Shown here one piece after another: positions 18,522-27,425 of a DNA stretch of 64,000 nucleotides. A program made the translations under genes and the position numbers. The DNA comes from a virus. The stretch covers positions 9,234 through 73,233 of the IMG/VR virus record IMGVR_UViG_3300047160_002519, one strand, 5' to 3'. Within the stretch, counting starts at the first letter, position 1, and every line of letters starts with the position of its first letter. The notes under the pieces are model-generated. The model was not told where the DNA came from. It was given only the letters and a program-made list of their open reading frames with translations, and did no database searches.

Positions 18522-18887
18522 ATGGCGCGAAAGAAAACCACCGAGGAAACCGAGCAGCCGCAAGAGACAGTAGTAAAGCTGATCTCGGCACCGAAGTTGA
18601 AGTCCATTCTGTCCAGCACACAGAAGGCCAAGGAAGATATCGCGGAGATAACCGGACCCCTGGGCGAGGAAATCAAGAGCGCGATCGAGAAGCACCACCT
18701 GCACCGCAAGGCCTTCAACGCGATCAAGTCGATCTACAATGCGCCCCCGGAGAAGCTGCGGGAGTTCAAGGACCACTTCGACTACTACTGGGAGGCCTCG
18801 GGCCTCGAAAAGAAAGCCAACTCGGCACCGCGTCTCCCGATGGGGGCCGAGGAAGATGAAAGCAACGTCACGCAACTGCATGGCTGA
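18522..18887 (+). CDS. GapR/DUF2312-like DNA-binding protein
   Basis: Helical pattern KLKSIL...EEIKSAIEKHHLHRKAF...FDYYWEASGL parallels GapR/DsbA. Confidence 0.55.
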   Translation: MARKKTTEETEQPQETVVKLISAPKLKSILSSTQKAKEDIAEITGPLGEEIKSAIEKHHLHRKAFNAIKSIYNAPPEKLREFKDHFDYYWEASGLEKKANSAPRLPMGAEEDESNVTQLHG

Positions 18888-19446
18888 ACCGGACAGCGCG
18901 GTCATCCGTGTTGTCCTGATCGGAGAGCCGAAGGGCAAGGATCGGCCGCGCTTCCGGATCGTCAAGCCGAAGTGCAAGCAATGCGCTGGCAGAGGCTGCT
19001 ATAATTGCAGGGGTACCGGGCGAGGCCCGGAGTTCGTCAGCGTCTACACCACCAAAGAAACCCAGCAATACGAGGCCGCGCTGAAGCTCGCGGCCAACGT
19101 CGCCATGCGGCGGCGAGCGCCGCTCGAAGGCCCGCTGCGCTGCATCGCTACCGCGATCATCGAAGTGCCGCAGTCTTGGTCGGGCAAGAAAAAGAGGGAT
19201 GCGCTGCACGGCATGATCCGGCCGACAGTTGCGCCCGACTGGGACAACTACGCGAAAATCCTCGACGCCTTCAACGGCACGGTCTGGATCGACGACAAGC
19301 AAGTCGTCGAGGGAGGCGTAATGAAGTGGTACGGCACCACCCCGCGCTTCGAGATCGAGGTAGCGGAAATCAAGCCCTTGGGGCTCTTTTCCACGGAACA
19401 CACAAGCCTCGCAGAGCGGCTGGACTGTCCTCCCGCGACGCGGTAA
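18880..19446 (+). CDS. rusA: RusA-family Holliday junction resolvase with Zn-finger insert
   Basis: GEPKGKDRPRF, PDWDNYAKILDAFNGTVWIDDKQVV motifs. Confidence 0.9.
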   Translation: MAEPDSAVIRVVLIGEPKGKDRPRFRIVKPKCKQCAGRGCYNCRGTGRGPEFVSVYTTKETQQYEAALKLAANVAMRRRAPLEGPLRCIATAIIEVPQSWSGKKKRDALHGMIRPTVAPDWDNYAKILDAFNGTVWIDDKQVVEGGVMKWYGTTPRFEIEVAEIKPLGLFSTEHTSLAERLDCPPATR

Positions 19447-19490
19447 GCCGAATCTTGGGGCTACCCCGATTCGGGGAAGATCGTCTCTTC

Positions 19491-20105
19491 ATGAAGCACG
19501 CGCCGAACATCGCATTCGACGGATTGCCCCTGCGCCATTTCGGCGCGATCGTCGCTGATCCACCCTGGAATTGGAAAAGCTATCGCGATGATATCGGCAG
19601 TAGATCGGCCGCACGGCATTATTCCGTGATGCAGCTTTCCGAGATCAAGATTTTGCCAGTGGCAAGCCTGACAGCGCCGACCGGCTGCCATCTGTTTCTC
19701 TGGACCACGGGTCCTCACCTCCAGCAAGCCTTTGAAGTGATCAATGCCTGGGGCTTCAAGTACTCGTCCGTCGCGTTCACGTGGCTGAAGCTCAAGCGCA
19801 GGTTCGAGAAGCCGCAACTGCGCTTCGTGTCCGACCTGACCCACGATTTCCACTTCGGTCTCGGCAAGACAACCCGCAAGAACATGGAGTTCTGCCTGCT
19901 CGCCCGGCGCGGCAACGCCCGTCGACTCGCGACCGATGTGCGCGAGCTAATCATCGCGCCAGTGCGCGAGCACAGCCGCAAGCCAGATGAAGCCATGGAG
20001 CGGATCGAGCGCTATAGCGTCGGGCCCTACCTCGAATTGTTCGCGCGCACCGAGCGGCCCGGCTGGACATCCTGGGGAAACGAGAGGGAGAAGTTCAATG
20101 CTTAA
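19491..20105 (+). CDS. MT-A70 family N6-adenine methyltransferase
   Basis: IVADPPW, HLFLW, AWGF, EHSRKP, YLELFAR, WGNE. Confidence 0.92.
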   Translation: MKHAPNIAFDGLPLRHFGAIVADPPWNWKSYRDDIGSRSAARHYSVMQLSEIKILPVASLTAPTGCHLFLWTTGPHLQQAFEVINAWGFKYSSVAFTWLKLKRRFEKPQLRFVSDLTHDFHFGLGKTTRKNMEFCLLARRGNARRLATDVRELIIAPVREHSRKPDEAMERIERYSVGPYLELFARTERPGWTSWGNEREKFNA

Positions 20106-20898
20106 GAAAACCAATAGTAAGCTAGTGGACAAAGACGCCATTGAGATCGGTAAATGGTACTCCAAGATTGGAGTAGTTGAGAATGTTAAAGCCGCAATCG
20201 AGTGCGGGACTAGATTAAAGTTGAAGAAGGATGTGCTTGATCACGGCGAATGGCTGCCATGGTTAGAGGTTAATGCTGACGTATTAGGTTTTGGCGAACG
20301 CACTGCGCGACTATTGATGTCGGCGGCAAAACGGAAGTTAACTGCCGATTTGGGCGAAGAAGAAGCTCGCCACATCCTCCGCGAGATTTGGGGGAATAAA
20401 GATGGCCAACTGATCCAACAGCATCTTTCCAACGAACACTACACCCCAAAGCAATATCTCGATGCAGCGCGCAAGGTGTTGGGAGGCATCGATCTCGATC
20501 CGGCATCCTGTGCTGAAGCGAATGCCATAGTAGGCGCGAAGAAGTTCTACACCGCCGATGATGATGGCTTGACGAAAACATGGTCCGGCCGTGTCTGGTT
20601 GAACCCGCCCTATGGCCGCAACGCTGGCGATTTCATCGCGAAGTTTATCAGCGACCACACAGCCAAACGGATCAAGTGCGGCATCATTCTGGTCAACGCG
20701 CATTGTACCGATACGGATTGGTTTCAGCCGCTATGGGATGGCGTGCTCTGTTTCACCAATCACCGCATTAACTTCTACGGCGATGACGAGCGCAGCGGGT
20801 CAACGCATGGATCGGTATTCACCTATTTCGGTGAGGAGAGGGCTCTTTTTGCGGAGACGTTTCCGCAGTTCGGCCCAGTGGTTCGGAGATACGCATAA
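20098..20898 (+). CDS. DUF3102-like domain fused to phage Dam-type N6-adenine methyltransferase
   Basis: N-terminal G.RL...K..LDHGEWLPWL..RTARLLM; C-terminal NEHYTP, IDLDPAS, VWLNPPYG, TDTDWFQ. Confidence 0.85.
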   Translation: MLKKTNSKLVDKDAIEIGKWYSKIGVVENVKAAIECGTRLKLKKDVLDHGEWLPWLEVNADVLGFGERTARLLMSAAKRKLTADLGEEEARHILREIWGNKDGQLIQQHLSNEHYTPKQYLDAARKVLGGIDLDPASCAEANAIVGAKKFYTADDDGLTKTWSGRVWLNPPYGRNAGDFIAKFISDHTAKRIKCGIILVNAHCTDTDWFQPLWDGVLCFTNHRINFYGDDERSGSTHGSVFTYFGEERALFAETFPQFGPVVRRYA

Positions 20899-21372
20899 AT
20901 GCCGATTGACCGTCCCCAAAAATATCTGGAGGGCATCTGGGATTGGGGTTTCCTCAATGAAGTCTGTTTTCCGGGCACATCACCGAATTATGGCATCAGT
21001 GATCTTGATGGGTTTTCGGATTACGAGGGCATCGAGCCGAAGCAGGGCTACAACCACAGACGAGGTCATCATCTGTTGATTGAAGCCAAGGATGTGAATG
21101 TCAGGATTAAGAAGGGCCAACTGATCTATCACGCCGATCTCACCAAGATCGGATTCTCGATAATTTATTTGTGGGGAAAAGCAAACACCTTCCCCATTCG
21201 CAAATTGCAGTGGTGGAGAGAATTCAGAGAAAATCCCAACGAGCCACGCCAAGAAGTCAGCAAAGATCGACTTATAGAGCTGGTCTGCAAGTGGTTTCAA
21301 CATGCGGATCGCTATCCCATTAGCCCCCCGCCTGAAGCGGCATTTTATACCAGCAAAGAGGGAGATTTTTGA
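20899..21372 (+). CDS. PD-(D/E)xK nuclease-like protein
   Basis: SDLDG...LLIEAK...GQ motif; lower GC. Confidence 0.55.
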   Translation: MPIDRPQKYLEGIWDWGFLNEVCFPGTSPNYGISDLDGFSDYEGIEPKQGYNHRRGHHLLIEAKDVNVRIKKGQLIYHADLTKIGFSIIYLWGKANTFPIRKLQWWREFRENPNEPRQEVSKDRLIELVCKWFQHADRYPISPPPEAAFYTSKEGDF

Positions 21373-22058
21373 TGCCGAACGGGACGAGCGAGACGCCAAT
21401 CTGCGACCTGATCGAGCGTTTAGTGTTGTCACGCGTGACAGGCGTGACTGTCACGCGTGACAGCGTGACAGAAGCCCTCGCGGCAGCCCGTCCCGTCGAG
21501 CTTGCACTTCAAAAAAACCCAATGAGTACAATGGAAAAAAGGGAAAAGGACCGTGTGCGGCAGGCCGCGTGGCGGGCTCGGACGTCACGCGATGTCACAC
21601 GTGACAAGCGTGACAAGCGTGAATCTGCTCTTACTTACTTAGATAGTAGTTATAATACTGAATTCTCTCAGAAAAAAGGAAGTAAGAAAGTAAGTAAGGT
21701 GTCGAATGTCACGCCTGTCACGCGTGACAAGCCGATGCGCAACAAGGGACATGAGTTGCCGGTTGACTGGAAGCCAACCGAGAAGCACTACGCGAAGGGC
21801 GAGACGCTCGGATTCCACCGAGGGCAGATCGACTGGTTCGCGGAACGGATGCGCAACTGGGCAGAAGCAAACAAGCACAGGGCGGTCGCACGGAAATCAA
21901 ACTGGGATGCTGCGTTTAGCAATTGGATCGCGGACAAGGCTGGCCGCGATCAGCCGAGAGGAGGGGTCAATGGACAAGCTACCGGACATCAGCAAAGTTT
22001 CCCGCTTGCAAGACTCGCAATGCACCTCAAGCGACGCCAACAAGCTGGCGAGGGTTAG
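21372..22058 (+). CDS. Phage replication initiator (lambda O/DnaT-like organiser) containing iterons
   Basis: DRVRQAAWRAR..VT repeats, LPVDWKP...NWDAAFSNWI C-domain. Confidence 0.7.
   Translation: MPNGTSETPICDLIERLVLSRVTGVTVTRDSVTEALAAARPVELALQKNPMSTMEKREKDRVRQAAWRARTSRDVTRDKRDKRESALTYLDSSYNTEFSQKKGSKKVSKVSNVTPVTRDKPMRNKGHELPVDWKPTEKHYAKGETLGFHRGQIDWFAERMRNWAEANKHRAVARKSNWDAAFSNWIADKAGRDQPRGGVNGQATGHQQSFPLARLAMHLKRRQQAGEG
21427..21730. repeat. Iteron cluster TGTCACGCGTGACA and AT-rich tract: putative replication origin
   Basis: Palindrome at 21427, 21449, 21716, variant at 21593, extra GCGTGACA half-sites; AT-rich 21630-21700. Confidence 0.7.
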
Positions 22059-22578
22059 GAAGGCTGGCATTAGGCCGCCGGTCGTCAATACCGAGGCCGA
22101 TCTGATCATTCCGAAGTCGGCCTGGAGCACGTGGAAGGAAACCGGCAAGCCGCGCAAGCTGCGGCGCGGGTTGACGAAGGATGAACGCGACGCGCTTGTC
22201 CGACGTAGGAACGAACTGCAGCCGTGGGTGGTTGGCTTCCACGAATCGGAAAGGGATGCGGTCGCGTTTGCGCTCTCCGAAATGCTGATGATGTTTCCCG
22301 GCTACTCGATGCAAAGGGGTGACGAAGGCGCGGTGGCGCATGTCGATCTGCTGATGGGCAAGGTCGCGGATTCCCCAGCATGGGCGATCATCAAGGCGTG
22401 CGAGAAGATCGGGACGCACGGCTATACCAAAACGACGGGCATCGGTGAGTACCACACCGAGCGGCACTGGCCGCCATCGGGACCCGAACTGTTCATCGTC
22501 GTTGAGGAATGCACCAAGATGTATAGGGACCAGTTCGATAGCGCGACGCGGCTACTCGAAGCGGAGGTGGGAGAATGA
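21970..22578 (+). CDS. Replication-associated protein (P-like position)
   Basis: PAWAIIKAC...WPPS..EL motif; follows initiator. Confidence 0.55.
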   Translation: MDKLPDISKVSRLQDSQCTSSDANKLARVRKAGIRPPVVNTEADLIIPKSAWSTWKETGKPRKLRRGLTKDERDALVRRRNELQPWVVGFHESERDAVAFALSEMLMMFPGYSMQRGDEGAVAHVDLLMGKVADSPAWAIIKACEKIGTHGYTKTTGIGEYHTERHWPPSGPELFIVVEECTKMYRDQFDSATRLLEAEVGE

Positions 22579-22937
22579 TGGGGTTTTTAGATTGGGACAA
22601 TCTGCCATCGCTGATGCGGGACATGATCCTCGAAAACGATCCCTTCATGAAATTATTAGGAGACGTCGGGCCGGACTATCCCGAGGTTGAGGAGGGGCGG
22701 AATCGTTTCCTCAAATACGATGCAAGCTGGATGAGCGACTTTATTGAGCAGGCAGGGAGCAAAAACGAACGGCGAGCCTTGATTGCAATTCAATCCGTCT
22801 GCCTAAACTTGACGGAGAGCAGGCACATTCCGGACTGGAAGGGGATTTACCTCGCTTCGGTAGGGGGAGTCGTACAAGAAGCACACGAGAAAATGCGAAA
22901 GGATTGGGACTATGACCAACATCCTGAACTACGTTGA
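22575..22937 (+). CDS. Hypothetical protein
   Basis: ATGA-coupled; lower GC. Confidence 0.5.
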   Translation: MMGFLDWDNLPSLMRDMILENDPFMKLLGDVGPDYPEVEEGRNRFLKYDASWMSDFIEQAGSKNERRALIAIQSVCLNLTESRHIPDWKGIYLASVGGVVQEAHEKMRKDWDYDQHPELR

Positions 22938-23054
22938 CGTGACGCCGCTGTTTGCGCCGTTCCATTGCCCGAACCAGCGCCTCGAACTGCCAGGGATGGA
23001 AAGCGAGGTGGTGGTTTCCCAGATCGAATTCGACAAGCTTTGCAAGATGCTCGT

Positions 23055-23210
23055 ACGGTGCTCGATCCATTTGGTGGCGCTGGTACGACCGGACTCGTCG
23101 CTGATCGCCTGCAACGCAATGCGATCCTAATCGAACTCAACTCTAGTTATGCCGAGATGGCCGAACGACGCTTAGTGATGGATGCCGGTCTGTTTGCTCA
23201 AATGGAATAG
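23055..23210 (+). pseudogene. C-terminal remnant of an N4/N6 DNA methyltransferase
   Basis: TVLDPFGGAGTTGLVADRLQRNAILIELN.SYAEMAERRL (motif I end) with no upstream catalytic DPPY region in frame. Confidence 0.7.
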
Positions 23211-23227
23211 GAGAATTTGGTCAAGTC

Positions 23228-23680
23228 ATGAAGCATGGCAACGCAGGAGAGTACGATCGCGTGCGGCGGCACGCCTCGATCAAGAAGCAAATGGACCGTG
23301 AGCGCGAGCGCGGCTTCGAGGAGGAGCCGCGCGACACCGACCGGGTGCAGGCGGCGCTCGATGACTTCAACGCACGCATGGCTGTGCTGGAGGAGGCCGA
23401 GATCAGGGCGAAGGCCGAACGTCTGAAGCACGCGTTCGAGTTCACGATGCGTGCCAACGAAGCGGTGCTAATCCGGGAGTGGCAGGCCGCCGGTGTCGAG
23501 TGCCTGTGGAAGGATCAGCGCGGCGTGCCGACGATGTCCTACTCGCTGGCCAAGATGTTCGGCTGGACGATCCGCGAAAAGAACGGCACCCGCACGTTGG
23601 TGAAGCCCCCGCCCCCGAGGAAGCCGGAGCGCCGCGAAGCGCCCCAGGAGCCCGAGGACTCGATCAAGGACACGTTCTGA
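23228..23680 (+). CDS. Hypothetical protein
   Basis: 150 aa ORF coupled to downstream gene. Confidence 0.6.
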   Translation: MKHGNAGEYDRVRRHASIKKQMDRERERGFEEEPRDTDRVQAALDDFNARMAVLEEAEIRAKAERLKHAFEFTMRANEAVLIREWQAAGVECLWKDQRGVPTMSYSLAKMFGWTIREKNGTRTLVKPPPPRKPERREAPQEPEDSIKDTF

Positions 23681-25236
23681 TGGCGAAGCAACCGGACGCA
23701 CAATGGCCGACCACGAAAAAGGATTGGTGGCCGCTCAACAAGATCAAGCCATACGAGAAGAACCCGCGCACACATCCGAAGGACCAGATCGCGCTACTTG
23801 CCACGATGATGAAAAAGTTCGGCGTCGACCAGCCAATCGTCGTCGACGAGAAGGGCGTGATCATCAAGGGGCACGGACGGCTGCAGGCGGCATACGAGGC
23901 GGGCTTCACGAGCTTTCCGGTGGTAGTGCATCGCGGACTGTCGGCCGCCAACAAGCAGGCGATGCGGATCGCGGACAATCAGGTCGCGCTGCTGTCGGGC
24001 TGGGATGACAACTTGCTGCGCACCGAGATGACGACGCTATCAAGCGCCGGGTTCGACATGGCGCTGACGGGCTTTGACGGCAAGACGGTGGACCGCCTCA
24101 TTGGCACCTTCGCCACCCCGACCAAGGACCCAGACGATCGGCCGCCGCTGCCGAAGAAAACCTACGTCAAGAAGGGCGACCTATTCATCCTGGGGGAGCA
24201 CAAGATTCTTTGCGGTGATGCCACCGACAAGCAAGCATGGGGCCAATTGATGGGGGATCGGTGGGCCTCGATGGTTTTTACCGATCCGCCATACGGCGTG
24301 AGTTATCTCGATGATGCGATCAAGGGCGATAGCAAGCGGCGGGACGAACTGTTCGGGATGTTGGTGAAGGCGTTCAAGGAGATGGTGCAGCGGGCTACTG
24401 AGACGGCCGCATATTACATTTGGCACGCTTCTAGCACGCGGCGGGACTTCGAGCAGGCCATGCAAGCGGCGGGTCTGATGGAGCGCCAGTACCTGATCTG
24501 GGCGAAGCCGAGCCCGGTGCTCGGGCACGCCGACTATCAATGGGCGCACGAGCCCTGCTTTTACGCGAGCGATGCAAGGTACGCGCCAACCTTCTACGGC
24601 GATCGGGCCGAACAGACCGTTTGGCGGATCGAGGCGGTGCGAAGCAAGACTGAGGCCAGCACGGTCTTAGGATCGGGGGTGCTCGTGCTGTCGGGGACCG
24701 GCATGCAGCTCTGGGTCCAGCCGAAGGCACCGAAGGGCAAGAAGGTCAGGGAAGTACGGTTGACCCAAAAACTCGAGAAACTCGTACTGACGGACGGCAC
24801 CGGGACGGGCACGGTCTGGGAGGTGAGCCGGGACCAGGGCACGATCCACCCGACGCAGAAGCCGGTGGCGCTGGCGACCAGGGCGATCGAGAACTCCAGC
24901 CGACCGGGGGATATCGTGGCGGACGGGTTCTCGGGGAGCGGGACCACGCTGATCGCCTGCGAACTGACGGGGCGGCGGGCCAGGGTTATGGAACTGGACC
25001 CGATCTACGTCCAGGCGGCGGTTGAGAGGTGGGAACAGTTTACCGGCGGCAAGGCGGTCAAGCCCCAGGTCGAGCAGCCCAAGAAAAAGGCCCCGCGCCG
25101 CGCCGCGCGAGGCCGTACAGAAGCCGGGGCGAAGGGCCGCCCCAACGGCAGGGGTCAGGACAGACCGACCCCACGGGCCGCCCAAACGGCGCAGAGCCGC
25201 TCGACGGTATCCGACAGCGACTCGCCCTCGAACTGA
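23680..25236 (+). CDS. ParB/Srx-domain N4/N6 DNA methyltransferase
   Basis: PYEKNPRTH, IIKGHGR, IADN (ParB); FTDPPYG, HPTQKPV, DGFSGSGTT, ELDP (MTase). Confidence 0.92.
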   Translation: MAKQPDAQWPTTKKDWWPLNKIKPYEKNPRTHPKDQIALLATMMKKFGVDQPIVVDEKGVIIKGHGRLQAAYEAGFTSFPVVVHRGLSAANKQAMRIADNQVALLSGWDDNLLRTEMTTLSSAGFDMALTGFDGKTVDRLIGTFATPTKDPDDRPPLPKKTYVKKGDLFILGEHKILCGDATDKQAWGQLMGDRWASMVFTDPPYGVSYLDDAIKGDSKRRDELFGMLVKAFKEMVQRATETAAYYIWHASSTRRDFEQAMQAAGLMERQYLIWAKPSPVLGHADYQWAHEPCFYASDARYAPTFYGDRAEQTVWRIEAVRSKTEASTVLGSGVLVLSGTGMQLWVQPKAPKGKKVREVRLTQKLEKLVLTDGTGTGTVWEVSRDQGTIHPTQKPVALATRAIENSSRPGDIVADGFSGSGTTLIACELTGRRARVMELDPIYVQAAVERWEQFTGGKAVKPQVEQPKKKAPRRAARGRTEAGAKGRPNGRGQDRPTPRAAQTAQSRSTVSDSDSPSN

Positions 25237-25385
25237 AGCTTGACCAGCCGGGCGACCAGGGCGTCGTCGAGTTCGACCCCCCGGTTCCCATTCGATAGCC
25301 GGGTGGAGATATCCCGCCACTCGGCCCCAGGGGTGCATTGCGCCCGGACGGCTTGACTGGCGCGCTCGGTGAGTTCCACGAACAT
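25155..25385 (-). CDS. Hypothetical protein
   Basis: GGGGG RBS; GESLSDTVERL ending. Confidence 0.55.
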   Translation of the reverse strand: MFVELTERASQAVRAQCTPGAEWRDISTRLSNGNRGVELDDALVARLVKLQFEGESLSDTVERLCAVWAARGVGLS

Positions 25386-25394
25386 GAGACCCCC

Positions 25395-25742
25395 CTATGC
25401 CGCCCAATAGCGGGTTTCGCGGCCGATCTTCTCGGTGCGGAGCTTGATGCCCAGGGACCGCGCCTGCTGGGGCATCGACACGGCTGGCCAATCACAGGCC
25501 TCCATGACGTCCTTCGCAGTGCAACCGTTCTTCCGGGCGAGCAGCTTCGCGATGATCTCCAGCTTGGAGCCGGGCTTCGGGGCACCGCCGTTCTTCTTGG
25601 CGGCGGCTTTCTTCTTCGGGGTTTTGGCTTCGGGCAAGGCATCCTCCTTTTTGATGTGGTCGGCGTTTTCATGGTGGTAGGCCCCGCACTGGTCGCACCA
25701 CGGCATCGCGGGATCGGCCGGGGTTTCGTTGTCTGTTTCCAT
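25395..25742 (-). CDS. DUF3489-like winged-helix protein
   Basis: SKLEIIAKLLARKNGCTAKDVMEACDWPAVS. Confidence 0.7.
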   Translation of the reverse strand: METDNETPADPAMPWCDQCGAYHHENADHIKKEDALPEAKTPKKKAAAKKNGGAPKPGSKLEIIAKLLARKNGCTAKDVMEACDWPAVSMPQQARSLGIKLRTEKIGRETRYWAA

Positions 25743-25765
25743 AGGCAGCCTCCTCATTCAAGTTT

Positions 25766-25792
25766 GAAAACCCGGGGGCCGGAGCCCCCGGG
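25766..25792 (-). terminator. GC hairpin plus U-tract
   Basis: Minus strand CCCGGGGGCTCCGGCCCCCGGG-TTTT. Confidence 0.5.
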
Positions 25793-25806
25793 GCAGGACA
25801 GTGGGG

Positions 25807-26115
25807 TTAGAGAGTATCGATCGCGGCGAGGAGCATGCGGTAGTGCTCGATCGCACCGAGTAGCGCCTCCTGACGATCCATCGGCACGGCGACGACGCCG
25901 GAACGATTGGTGACGTACTGGTTCGTTGAGGTGACGGTGGCCTCATCGACGGCGACCGGATAAACGGAGCCATCGGGCTGAAATTGCGCGCCGAGCCAGT
26001 AGAGCTTCCAGACGTAAACAACGCCCTTTTTCTCTTCCTTGATCATCGCGGCTTCGAGCCGGACGATGTGCCCGAGCAGAACTTCGCGGACCTCTTTGAT
26101 CGCACAGCGATCCAT
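25807..26115 (-). CDS. Hypothetical protein
   Basis: AAGGAGG RBS before ATG 26115. Confidence 0.6.
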   Translation of the reverse strand: MDRCAIKEVREVLLGHIVRLEAAMIKEEKKGVVYVWKLYWLGAQFQPDGSVYPVAVDEATVTSTNQYVTNRSGVVAVPMDRQEALLGAIEHYRMLLAAIDTL

Positions 26116-26310
26116 GGGCTTCCTCCTTAAAAGGGTTGGCGAGAAGCTTGCTCGATGCAGTGACGCCGGAATGTCACTTCTGGGCACTAACCGTTTTAAG
26201 GGCGGACACCTGCAAGCCTCTCTGACGCCTCAAGCCCGGTAAGCTTTCGCTGCCGGGCGTAGGTGGCAATCAGAAAAAACAATCCATGAGCCAGTTGAGG
26301 AAGCGGTTGA

Positions 26311-26799
26311 TCATGCGGCCACCGCCTCGAAGTGCTTGATACATTCAGGGCCGAATCCGGACTCGATCGACTCGGGATGGGTGAGGCGGATGCCGCAGCG
26401 CCCGCAGCGTCCCTCATGCCAGACCTCAAGGGTCTTCGGGATCGAGCCATTCTCGATCGCCTGCCAAGCCCAGGCGAACGCGGCGGCAGAGCGAGCATCG
26501 GGCGCGACCTTGGCCTTTTGACCGCCATGCTTGAACACCTGCGCGCCGTCGAGCGCACCGGCGACCGCAGGCTTTACGAAACCGAAGTAGAGGTAGTTCT
26601 TGTCCGCACCGGACAGCACCTTGACGAACCGGAAGCCATTGTCGGTCTCGCCTTCCTTCAGCTTCGGCGCACGCACCGAGAAGGTGAAGTGCGAGCCGGA
26701 GGACTTGGACTTGAGGGTGAGGTAGGCATTGCCAGCAAGTGCGAACTTGCGAACCTGGGCGGGGTCAGTGAGAAGGCGCGGGTGAAACTCTTTCGACAT
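26311..26799 (-). CDS. DUF6011 domain protein
   Basis: WHEGRCGRCGIRLTHPESIESGFGPEC. Confidence 0.85.
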   Translation of the reverse strand: MSKEFHPRLLTDPAQVRKFALAGNAYLTLKSKSSGSHFTFSVRAPKLKEGETDNGFRFVKVLSGADKNYLYFGFVKPAVAGALDGAQVFKHGGQKAKVAPDARSAAAFAWAWQAIENGSIPKTLEVWHEGRCGRCGIRLTHPESIESGFGPECIKHFEAVAA

Positions 26800-26911
26800 T
26801 CTGTTCTCCTATCGGCGGGGGATGAGCGTCCCCCGGCGCAGGAGTTGTGTGCCATGGTTAACGGCGGGTTGAAAGAAAAAAGCGTTGTAATCATGTTGCT
26901 ATTTTCGAGGG

Positions 26912-26947
26912 CAAAAAAAGCCCGGCAGCGCGGAGCCGCCACCGGGC
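26912..26947 (-). terminator. Rho-independent terminator
   Basis: GCCCGGTGGCGG..CGCTGCCGGGC followed by TTTTTTT on minus strand. Confidence 0.7.
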
Positions 26948-27006
26948 AAGGATTCGGGAGGTAGGGGGACAGTCAGACGTTCGCTCTCCCCCAGAGCGGC
27001 CATAGA

Positions 27007-27348
27007 TTAGCGACGTAGCGAAACCAAGGCAGGACTGGGCACCGCGAGCACGCCCGGCTGCTCGGACACGCGGCACAAGGCATCGGCCCAGTTCGCCAGG
27101 GCTTCCGCGAGCGCGGCGCGGCCAGCTTCCGTAATGACAGTCTCACAGCCGACCCCATCGGCGCACGCCCGGGTACAGAGGAACCGCCGCGCAATCAAGG
27201 AGGCGACCAGCCGCCGCCGCGATGCCATATCGGCCCGCGCGCCGAGCGTGGCGTCCTTGGTCGGGGAGTGGAGGGCGACGGGGCGACCGTCGAGATGTTC
27301 AATGAGGAGATCACGGGCGAGAATGCACACCAAGGGGTCTGTCGACAT
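27007..27348 (-). CDS. Hypothetical winged-helix-like protein
   Basis: GGAGG RBS; SLIARRFL...VITEAGRAAL. Confidence 0.55.
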   Translation of the reverse strand: MSTDPLVCILARDLLIEHLDGRPVALHSPTKDATLGARADMASRRRLVASLIARRFLCTRACADGVGCETVITEAGRAALAEALANWADALCRVSEQPGVLAVPSPALVSLRR

Positions 27349-27408
27349 TATAGCCTCCGGGCTGGATTCATAGGCTTACCCCCAAGGATTTGGATTGTCC
27401 ACTAGCTA

Positions 27409-27425
27409 TCGGGGATGATAATCCC
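27409..27425 (+). promoter_or_regulatory. Operator-like site TCGGGGATGATAATCCC
   Basis: In the second divergent intergenic region; identical 17-mer at 34126. Confidence 0.65.

Noticed and set aside
22912-23210. Programmed frameshift producing a full methyltransferase
   Set aside because: Upstream frames contain no DPPY/SPPY catalytic motif; a remnant is the simpler reading
23680-24100. ParB as evidence of a plasmid-prophage partition system
   Set aside because: It is the common ParB/Srx-MTase fusion; no ParA or parS seen
15603-25236. Long N-terminal extensions in the ORF track (e.g. 15603-17006, 19005-20105, 23479-25236; also 4097-5491)
   Set aside because: They overlap real upstream genes; downstream starts with RBS or ATGA coupling fit better
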